From: Azolla caroliniana | Taxonomy: Eukaryota > Plantae > Polypodiophyta | Assembly: GCA_043228905.1 (NCBI GenBank) | Contig: JBHGNT010000001.1 | Coordinates: 17,546,001 to 17,610,000, forward strand | Direction of reading: 5' to 3' | Length of the DNA stretch: 64,000 nt | Shown here: in pieces, positions 24,420 through 34,800 of the stretch | Layout of the letters: each line of letters opens with the position of its first letter | Numbering within the stretch: position 1 is the first letter of the stretch | Position numbers and translations under genes: made by a program | The notes under the pieces: model-generated | Database searches by the model: none | Seen by the model: the letters and a program-made list of their open reading frames with translations, nothing else | Told to the model about the DNA's origin: nothing

Positions 24420-27400
24420 TCAATCTATAAGCAAATCAGGCAGAGCAGGCTCCTCTGGCGCTGATTGTTCTAGACTGTTTTCATTCGTGTCATCTCCAAG
24501 CTCTCCCGAATCTGATGTATGGTCAAACTGTGCTACATCTTCCAGGTCCACCAGCTCCCCTGCTTCTTCATCAATTGGTTCCATTGGTTCTCGTGAAGTC
24601 ATCTGGAACATCTCTGTCTCGTTGATGTGTTTTGCTCCGACTTCTTGATCCTGATCTGGATAGTCCCAGATTCCTGCGATCCTCATTTTGATGAAGTTAA
24701 CTTGAGTAGGGTCCTTCTCCAATGCAACACAGTTTCTAAACATCTTCAATGCACAAGCTGTCGTTGTACCTAATGGTCGCATGAACACAAACAAGTATAT
24801 ATAAGAAGTAACGTCTTAAACTTGATAGACAAGATTGAAATTAAATATATATATTATACATGTGCCAGAGAACAAGTCTAGGACCTAATCATCTGGATTC
24901 GAGAAGAGCTCTATGAGGCGGTTGATCAATCTTTGAGGTTTTTTATAAGGGTTAACCATACTTTTATCCCCTGACACATGTCTTAAGTTTTTGGTTACGG
25001 TTGGGCACATGATGTAGTTAACCACGTTACGCTCATTGACATGTGCTCTAGCCTTCTTCTTTGTAATTGAATCATAGTAGCCCACACAAAAATGTTCGAC
25101 CGCACTAACCATTCGATCGCCAAGGCTACGTGTAATATTTGTTTTGATCCTATAGAGAAAGAAAATCAAGTATTAGAGGTGTAAATGTGTACATATAATA
25201 AGAAGTATTGTAATGAGTAAAAGCGAACTATAACGCACCAATGCATGTGTTCAGTGGCATGACAACGGGACTTCAAAGCTGTTGTGACTGACAGTGATTG
25301 CCCCATGCTATGAAATATGACTATCCTCCACAAGGGGGCCAATGTCAGTTCTGCGAAATCCTTTACCATTTTCTCGATCTGAGGGTACTTGAAAGGCACA
25401 TCATCATATGTTGATCCCGCAATACGGAAACCATATGGTATGTCAGCTATCAGCAAAGTGTAGTGCCTTCTCGGTAACAGTTCGAGCATCTGGGATACTT
25501 CGCCATTGAAAACACTATAATGAAGCTGTTTGAAAGGATCGGACCTATGCAAAAAACTATTTACAGTCTCCGAATCCTCGGGCAGTTCCATTTCCTTCCC
25601 TTTGGTCATTCTCTTCTCATATTTCGCACGTTCTAAGTGCGTGATGAAGGCCGTTGGAATACCGTCATTATTGTCGTTGTTCTTTTTCGATTTTGATGGT
25701 TTCTGCAAGTGTCATTGTTGTTAGCAGGGAACATTACTTTCTAACATATCAACATTCAAAAGACACATACCCATTCTCTAAATACAATAAAATATTCCTC
25801 CAATGCCTTGTAGGAAGAAGTTATCGGGCAAGCTTGTTCAACTTCTTCCCATGTCGGTAAACTCAGTTTTTGCATCATCAACTCCTGAATCTTCATGTAT
25901 ACCTTGTGACTGCACAATCAATATGAAATTAGAAATAAGATATTCAAAATAATTGAAGACTTTCATGAAAAGGTATACTATAAACACTTACTTTTGCAAG
26001 TCTGTTACCATCTCGTCCAAACTAAATTCCTTGGCGACCACTCGAGATAGCACGGATATTAACAATCTATCATCTTTGATACATTGTAATGATCTCCAAG
26101 GTAAAAGTTTCATGTCCTCTGGTAACTCCTCGATTACCAAGTCGCTTTTTCCCTTGGTCTTTGATTTCATCTCAACTTGTGGATCAATTCTTCCCTTTTT
26201 TGATCTTTGCCCCTTGACTTCTTTCCGCTCCCACATAGAGAATATTTTGTCTTGGAGATACCACACCTCTCCGGTCCGAAAAGCTAGTTGAAACCAAGAA
26301 TCATATTTTCGGAGACCTTCGGATTTCGTACTCTCATCCACTGCAATCCCTACTTCCAATAAACACTGACGTCGCAATCCAGGCCACAATCTTGGACCAA
26401 AAAGATTCAAGGCATCGAGGTATTCATGATGAAAAAATCTTATCCTCTCTATACATGACATCTTTTGCCTATAATCGTTGTCATTGTTATGGTCCCATGC
26501 GAGCAGCTTCGCCTCCTCGTGAGTTAGTCCTGCATATACCTTACATTCGGCGTATTTGAAGAACGGCGTGAGAGGATATTCTTTGACAAGCTGTCGTCGA
26601 GCTTCGGCCGAATGTGATCCTCCGATTACATAGTATGTGTAATCGTCTGCAGAGCTATACTTGAAATCTGCTACTGTTGGGCATTGTTCTTGATCAACCA
26701 TTACCAAAAATGGCACCACAGTAGCGTGAGGATTGATTTTCATTTTGCTTTTCAGGTTTTGCACATGGACGGAGTGTGGCTCCCTAATTTCCAAGGGACG
26801 TCTTCCAGTCACGGGGTCAATGGGGGGCCTTTGGATAGAAGTAATGGGCAAATGAAATAGTTGGCCCCTACGCACAAGTTTAGTCTTCACAATATTTTCT
26901 CTTATTTTATTTTGTTCTGACGTCAGGACACCAGAAGATAGTTGTCCGCCTGGAGCCACGACGTCGACTTGTTGGTCGTCTTCTTCTTCCACGAACTCTA
27001 ATATTTCTTCTTCTTCTTCTTCGGGTCGTGGTCGTTTAGTATATTTCTTTTGAACAGGATTTATCTTCCTAGACTTTTTCGGTAGAGTTTCTGCTTCACC
27101 GGTCATCATCTCTCCTGTCACATACGGCCGAAGAGCTACCAACAAGTTATTTTTCGTTTGCAGGTCTTTACGCAAAGCCTTGGGATTGCAAGATTCGGGT
27201 ACTAGGTTTCCCTCATCAAGTCGCAATCGCCTGTCGCCAACTGAGCTCGAGACGTCGATTAAAATACATGTAGAATCAATGTCTTCGTACTCTAGCTTGG
27301 TTACATGCCCGTAATTAAATGTTTTTCCAAGTTGAAGTTTCCCTTCCCCGTCCGATTTTGTCGTTATCAATAACAGCACCCCATCCTCCTCGACATAAGA

Positions 27401-28082
27401 GAGACACCATTCAAGTTCGGGGTAATCCTTATATTTCACCTCAACCGTTTTCTCCTCTTGCGTACTACCTTTGTTGATTTTGGTAGTAGCCACAGATGAC
27501 TTGGATCCTCCTTCCCCCGTTGAGTCAAATAAATTCTTTTTACTCGTGTCCTTCATGAAGGAGCCAGAATCTCGTTTTGTCAAAGATCGAATCTTCAATC
27601 TAAATGAAGTAACTTTTTGTCTGGGTTCACTGAAATTAAAAACGTTGGTGAAAACATAGAAACAACGTACAATTTCATCTAAATCACGCAAATTATCATT
27701 TAAATTACGTCAATTTTATGGTCCCATGCGATAGTTTTTTATCGCAAAAACAGCATTTTTTTCAACCAAAATCCGATGCAGTGCATCGGATTTTGGTTGA
27801 AGGCAGGACCTTTCAACCGAAATCTGATGCACTACATCGGATTTCGGTTGAAGGGCAAGACTTTCAGATTTTGGTTGAAGGTCCTACCTTTCAACCGAAA
27901 TCCGATGCACTGCACCGGATTTCGGTTGAAGGTCCTGGCTTTCAAAATTGCTTTCCAAGTTCGTTGTACAAAATAAAATAAAATTTCTATGTGTTGAGGA
28001 AAGGAATCTTTAAGGAATCTTTAGGAATCTTAAAAAATGTAATGAATATTACTAACCTGACGATTTTCTTTCCCTTGTTCAT
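24420..28082 (-). pseudogene. Six-exon ParB-like domain + beta-class N6A/N4C DNA methyltransferase (about 968 aa), with a premature stop
   Basis: Exons 28082-28057, 27629-25992, 25909-25771, 25702-25239, 25149-24860 and 24769-24420, all GT-AG and phase-consistent (2907 nt). ParB-like YYVIGGSHSAEARRQL...CKVYAGLTHEEAKLLAWDHN; motif IV LLIADIPYG; W-x-K; NPYKKPQRLINRLIELFSNPDD*VLDLFSGT/CTTTACALKMFRNCVALEKD (motifs X/I/II). TAG at 24887-24885. Confidence 0.82.
27761..27930. repeat. Three tandem 41-bp palindromes in intron 1 of the MTase gene
   Basis: ttcaaccaaaatccgatgca-g-tgcatcggattttggttgaa has perfect 20-bp arms (27761-27801); variants at 27812-27852 and 27890-27930. Confidence 0.92.
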
Positions 28083-28379
28083 GGTTCGTGCCGGAGGTAG
28101 TGCTGTCCACGATGTGCTTCTGAGTGCTCGAAAATTGGCCTGTGCTCTGAGCTAGATGGATTCTTTCACGTGATAATGAAAATGAAATTTCTAACCTCCT
28201 TATATAGAAGACTTTAGCATTCTTTTTAAAATAAAAAATAATTTTTAATTATTTGTTTTTTAGGAAAATTTCGGAAAATAATATAGTTAATCTAAGTGTT
28301 CGGGTAGTTATATAGTTAGGCTTTAGCATTCCTTAATTTTCTCAAAAGAAGGTTTTAGAATACAGTTAGACTCCCTCAA

Positions 28380-31053
28380 ATGTCTTCTTCTACAAGTAGA
28401 ACATCTCCTTTTTCTATTGCCCCCTTTTCATTGAAAGATAACTCGTATTTCTCAATAGAAGAGTACGACCACAAAAAACATCCGCGGCTTAAACAGAAAA
28501 GTGTGGCTCCTAGTACTTTGAATTCTCTGTTTTCAATTGATCCTGTTGATGGCCCTCTTCATGCAAGCCTACAAGCGGACGATTCTTCGTCGATAGATAA
28601 CAATAGCATTACTAAACCTCTAGCATTTAAAAGAGTTCCTCGACAAGTTAGTGAAAAGAGATTTAATTTCTTATGTTCTGATCGTCAACTTCTATGCGAC
28701 TTGAACAAATTGTGTTGTGCGAATCTCTGTCTATCAACTTATGGAAAGTCAAGGTTACGTGAAACACGACAAAAATACTTGTCGCTAAATGGGGAAGAGC
28801 AAGATACATTTCTTATTGCGCATATGCAACTTAAATTGGATCACAAAGCAGGGCCTAATTCAACGCAAGTTGAATATTTTCTTGGACTATATACCAAGTG
28901 TTGTCGAGCAGCTTTTAAAATCACTCATAGCATTGGAAATATGCAGCTGCAACGAGTTCAAGAGCGACTTGTGAAGGGCTCCTGGGTACAGTTCGATCAA
29001 AATGGTTTTGGATGTAAGGGTCAAATTGGGCAACAGGCAATTAGGTGGATGGAGGTATATTTTTCAAAACAGTGCGAAGTTATGCCAACGACAGGAAGAC
29101 TTCATTTGTCAGATAACTTTACTCGAAGGGAAGTTTACCAATCGTACAAGGACGACATGTCTTCCGATGTTGAGCCTTACATACAGTACAGGCATTTTAA
29201 TCGACTATGGAGGTTACAATTTAATAACGTGGTTATCCCACGAAAGGTGCGAATGGGAGTCTGCTCAATATGTGCGAGTTTAAAAAGTATGGCCAAGGGT
29301 GGAAAATCAGATGTAGAGATCAAGAATTACAAGAACCTGTTAAAAGAACATCGTGAAAGTCAGGTATTGGAACGTACTAAGGCTATGCATCACCAACAAA
29401 AAGCGTTTCAATCTCCCGAAAAAGTATATGTGCATGATTATTGACGGCATGGATCAAAAGAAAACTTGTTTGCCGCATTTTCAAAGACTCCCCAAGGATA
29501 TTGGAGATGAGTGTCTCGTGCAAATGCATCTAGTGGGTTGTTTGACATACTGTCAAACTATAAGACCGCAAGTGTTCTTAACTTATCCCAATATCCACAA
29601 CGACCCTAATCTTACTGTCACTGTCATGCACAGGGTATTGCAATCATGGTCAGGTATACTCCCGCCAGTTCTATATGTGCAACTAGACAACACAGCAAGA
29701 GAGAATAAGAACTCAACTGTCTTCGGCTATCTAAGCATGCTAGTAGAGAGGGGCATATTTAAAAAGATAAAGGTTAACTTCTTGTTGGTTGGTCATACCC
29801 ATGATCACATAGATCAAATGTTCAGTAGGTTCTCAAAGAAACTTGCTCGCTGTAATGCTTTCACACTTCCCACGCTATCCAAATTGATTAGTGAAGCATA
29901 TACACCAAAGCCTGAAGTACAACACTTGGAAGAAGTATACGACTTTAAACGTTTCTGCATGGATAGTGACGGGACTAAAGGTAGGGTGCTTGCACCTCTT
30001 AATAATATAAGTTTCAACCATGTCTTCCTCATAAAACAAAGATCGGCCCAGCTGAAGATGACGGTGTTGTTTGCGAAACAATACTCATCTAGTGCACAAT
30101 GGGAGCCCCAAGAAGGTTGTAGGCTCCTTCTTCATATCCCAGATGAACCTCTACATGGTGCACAACAAATGCCATATGATGATCGTAAAAATGTAGCACC
30201 AAATAGTACTATTGATGAACAAAGGGCATATTGGTTGAGATGTCTAGCAGAGAAACAAAATAATATTGATCGGACTAAGAAGTATGCCAGTGATGAGGAT
30301 GTTGAATGGTGGGAGATTTTCTTCACCCATCAACGCACCATTTTAGATAATTACATCGCCGGTTTATGGCCAATCCATATCCCATTCACATGGAACATTG
30401 GGATGACATCAACGATATCGCAGACTCATCACCAACAATCGAATAATATGGAGCTTCATGATTTAGTTCGGCCACTGCAAAGAGATATTTATGTGGGACC
30501 AAGAAAGTCACGTACTGTTGAGGCAAGATGGCAAGGTAATTTGCAAGAACTACAAGTGGGAATGTTGGTTGCAACATTAGCAGGGGACGATACCTTGGGC
30601 CATCCATTTTGGATTGCAAAAATTATTGAATTAGTAAGGGATGAAGAAAGTAGTCAGACAAAGTCAATAGTAGTCCATTGGTATCAGAAAAATTCAACTG
30701 ATGCATTTACAGGAAAGTATTCTTTAGAGATGGTTAAGGATGTCGGATGTTCAAGCAGAAAGAGAAGAAGAAAGAATATACCAAGCACGGCAACTCTCGC
30801 ACTAGACCGTGTTGACATACTAGTATATGACTTCTCATTGACAAAATCAGGTCATCTAAGACAAGCAACTATCAAGATAATAAAGGAGAAAATCCCAAAC
30901 ATGGTGTCAAACGAAATACAGAGAATAACTAGAAGCAATTCTCATAACCACAAAGATGTTGGGTTGGAATTGGATGAGGATAATGCTTTGATTGCCACTG
31001 ATGATGAGGATGAGACGTCAGAAGGCTCTTCTAGTCCATTAGACATGTCTTAA
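28380..31053 (+). pseudogene. DDD-type transposase (Sola-like/DUF7869-like, about 890 aa) with one frameshift near 29420
   Basis: N-terminal Cys cluster; LWRLQF...VCSICASL...LKEHR Zn motif; catalytic-like IIDGMDQKK, VQLDNTARENKN, FLLVGHTHDHIDQMFS. The two ORFs join at an A-run (gaaaaagtat). Confidence 0.85.
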
Positions 31054-31347
31054 TATATTGGTTTGGTTCAAGCTGGGGATTGTTTTACTACATGATCGGA
31101 AACTTTGTAAATTTGTTTTGGATGTAAACTCACGAATATGTATAATTGTAACTGGTAGACATGTTGTACATTATTTTGTAATTTTGGTGATGTATTTTTG
31201 GAGGCATTTTACTTATGACTCAAAGTGGTAGTCATGTTGAAATTCAATATATTTTGCCACCTTTTCTGAAAAGCTTTACGCATGCGTCATGTCTTTTTGA
31301 AAACTGCGTGCTTTTGTGCCCTTTTTCGACGTAGTGTTCTCATAATG

Positions 31348-31380
31348 CGACATATTACCTGTTTCAAATGACCCGGTGTT
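31348..31380 (-). repeat. Right TIR
   Basis: cgacatattacctgtttcaaatgacccggtgtt. Confidence 0.95.
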
Positions 31381-31532
31381 TTATACCTGTTTTTTAATAA
31401 ATACGTTAAATACCGTATTGGACAAATGGACATAATATTTGATTGAACAACATTGAGGTATAGTACGTACTATACAAATTATGAGGTAATATACGTATTT
31501 AAACGTTAAATACGGGTACGTAAACAACCATG

Positions 31533-31710
31533 GACTGGACCATATTGGATTGTCGACAACAACAACAGCACTTATCAAGTCGGAACGTTAGCTAGGAAGT
31601 CTTGCCTAAATGGGTCAATGGGTTCCGACTCAAGCTATATCGGGGACCAACCCTGACAAACCCATTTGAACACGTCGCTAAAACGAGTCGTCCATCAACT
31701 ACCCCATGAA
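31533..31710 (+). pseudogene. Gypsy integrase C-terminal fragment, continuing 22306-22969
   Basis: (W)TGPYWIVDNNNSTYQVGTL...VLPKWVNGFRLKLY. Confidence 0.8.
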
Positions 31711-34700
31711 AGTCGATGAAAGGATAGAATTGTAAATATTATTCAAAAAAAAGAAAGACAATCCTGTCATCATTCATTCTTGGCACTGTCCTTTTCAGAC
31801 TTAGTTTAATATGAGTATTTATACAGTTTAATTTGTGACAAATGCCAAAACCATTGTGACATTGGTGTATTTATTAAATTTCGTTACATTGCAAAAACCA
31901 TTAACTTAATGACTGGTCAGAAAACTACATGTTTTAGATTTTTACCAACGTGTTAAATCTTAATAAGTCATTCATGATGTTGTTGGATTGAACCATATTT
32001 CGTATTTGAAATCATCAACTTTAGAAATATACATTTAACTTCATGTTTCGATTTCGTGAAGTTATTAAATGTTATTAAACTAGCAAATGTTGTATGGTTG
32101 GAAGAACATGTGATACTAGTGTATCAAGTTTTTGTAGATTGCCTAAAATTGCACAATTATAAAAGGAATGTAAATGTGGAATGTGCGATCCTTCCACTTG
32201 TGAACACGAACGTGTTTCGAACATATTAGGTTCACCTTTGAAGGTGATGGGAACAGTGAAGATTGAAGTAGGGTGCACAGTGGGGGATGTGCAATATGTA
32301 TGGGTACTTGGCAAGATGTGATAGTTTGCTAAGGTTATAGATGCTCCAAGAATAGAGTAGAAACAAGATTGGAATAACATGGGATTAGAAAAAGGACAAG
32401 AATCAAAACACTAATATCAACAATCGTTGTGTACAAAGGAACAAACCACAATGGACATAGGTTCTGTACATAAGCAGGTATGTTCTAGCTCATTAGAAAG
32501 GGCTATAGAGGTTGCAAATGTAAGGCGTCGGTGATTTCACATAGCCCTAATCATGGTGACTAGGAAAAAGAGCTCATCATCTAGTTTTTGAATGATTCCT
32601 CATCATGTTTCAATGAGGGGGGTAACCAAGATTCCTTGTTATCTAATTTTGGCCAAATGCATGCCCTTGCTTTACTTGTGCATGCCAATCTCATAAACGT
32701 AAGGGTGAGATTTTTGACTTAGTAAAGATGACATGCAACTCATCAACAAGACCATAAGACTCTAAGAACATTCATTATTGTTTGCATAAGCTCATGAAAT
32801 ATGTGTCTTTGAGCATATGCTTGGGCAGGTAGTTTTAACAATAGTTTTAACCTCCATTCATAATAACAATAGATGAGTCACTATATGTAGAGTATGAAAC
32901 TAATTGGACAATCATGCCTAGCCAATTAAACAATGTCAAAAATCGATGATTTGGCCATATATTATACAAGCAATAATGTTGTATTTCTCAAAACATATAT
33001 GTATGTATGTAGTACAGATGGACGGATGATGATGGAGAGAGAGAGAGAGAGATGGAGCCCATTGGCTGGGAGCTCGCTCGCGTGCTCATGATAGCGCTTC
33101 GTAGCAACACGCACAGGCATATACACACACAGACAATATATATGTTTATGATTAATAATTTCTCTTTTAGTGTATATCTATTTCTTTGAAGATTAAAGGC
33201 AAGGCAAGGGGGTGGTTTATAATGATAACACTCAATAGAGCAGAAAATTCAAGAGATAATATGCTCTTAATCGAAATACACAGATAGTGAAGGATGAAGG
33301 GATGAACAAGAGGAATAGAGAGGTGGATGACAAAGGGGGTTCAACTCTTGCTAGGTGGGGATTACAAGGGGAGAGAGAGCTGAATCTCTGCAACACAGAA
33401 AAGCAACAGAGAAAAGGGGGAAAACCACACACACAGAGCGCAGAGACACTCGCTCTCTCACACACACAAACTCACCCTCTCTCACTCCCCACACAACTAA
33501 GTGAAAGACCAGTTTTGGCCCTTTCACACTTACATGCATCGGGGATACATGTATAACATATAAGACTGCCTTCAAATTAAGCGTATCTTTTAAATGCTTC
33601 TCACGTGACCCTACCTTACAAATCAACGGCCACGATTCATTTTGGCCAAACACACACGCGTATGCACATGCCTATTGCCCACCTTGACCACCCACCCCAC
33701 CCCCACCCCCACCCCACCCAACATACATACACACACACACACACACATCATGAATTTTGACTACGTTTTCGCCCACGACATTTTTCCATTTGCATGTGTA
33801 GGGAGGGATCCTCTCCAGCAAACCTTGTCTATTTTCCGTGTTAGGTAGTGACTGATCTTCATCTCGAAGGTATCTGTCTATTTTATCAGTTTCAACATTA
33901 CCATCTTTAACGTCCTACACACAATATGAAAAGCCTTGTTAACTCTAAAAGAAAAGAGTGCTTGTGGCATCCCAATTCTAGATAAACAAAGTGTGACTTG
34001 CAAATTTGACAAACTTAGTGAAGAAATGATTATAAAAGGAAATGTACATTGATGACCTCTCTCCGACACATAATAAAGTCATCATCAAATTGCAAGAAAT
34101 TCACAAGTAGCACATAAGGGCTCCAACGATAATCGTTGTAACTTCTAACATCTCTTGACTAACACAATAATCACGGTACAATCCAACCATGTATAGCATT
34201 CATGTAACCAAACCTTAATTAGTTGACATTCTTTAAATTGCCAATTAAACTATATTCCAATCAAGATGTCTCTATATATGACCTTAATGACAATTTTTAT
34301 TGCTTTGAAGCATAACTCCATGACAAGTTACTTTGTATACTACCAATCTCTTTTTACCTCAAGAGCTAGTGCATGAAAACAAATCTTGGTGGGATGCATA
34401 ATCAAACAAGGGTGCACCTCTATGTGGATAATTGTGGATGTATTGGAATGGATAAATTTGCACATGTGCATGCGTTATGTGGGTTGAGGTCACTAATAAG
34501 TTAACATTGTAGTGTTTAGCTACAAAAGAACATTTTCCTTGCGGTACAATTTCATCGTCATTGTCCATAACCATAGTTACAAGGGTAAGTAGTGTTTTAT
34601 GGTGGATTATCTCAAACAAGATAATGGCAAAACAAACCATACTTCACATGTCATAGATCCAAATTCAAACAAACTTACATGAGCAATTCGGATAGGCATA

Positions 34701-34800
34701 CAAATATAAGAGCATGTGATAGAATGTGATGACGATTTTCAGGTTATTATCTAGTTAGCCCATGTTTTGTCTGAAACGCATTACAAAATAAGTTGCAAGA

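Larger units (their letters stand above)
23657..31380. mobile_element. Autonomous-type TIR DNA transposon (Sola-like/DUF7869-like) carrying a ParB-DNA methyltransferase gene
   Basis: 33-bp perfect TIRs AACACCGGGTCATTTGAAACAGGTAATATGTCG (23657-23689 and 31348-31380); TTAT duplicated at 23653-23656 and 31381-31384; two divergent genes inside. Confidence 0.9.
22970..31532. mobile_element. Non-autonomous hAT-type element (about 835 bp without its nested insertion)
   Basis: Termini CAAGGTTGTT / AACAACCATG; 8-bp TSD gactagac (22962-22969) / gactggac (31533-31540); subterminal TACGT/ACGTA motifs. Removing it restores the integrase WTGPYWI. Confidence 0.85.

Noticed and set aside
27630-27691. ORF-track start (MRDLDE...) for the 567-aa ORF
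   Set aside because: It is a non-ATG start in intron-like sequence; an acceptor at 27630-27631 joins in frame to a 26-nt ATG exon at 28082-28057.
23659-31378. CACTA/Transib-type element with CAC...GTG ends
   Set aside because: There is no TSD at those boundaries, the inverted repeat extends 2 bp further to a TTAT duplication, and the transposase motifs are not CACTA-like.
23657-31380. Bacterial or phage contamination explaining the ParB-MTase
   Set aside because: The gene has five phase-consistent GT-AG introns and lies within TIR/TSD boundaries nested in plant TEs.
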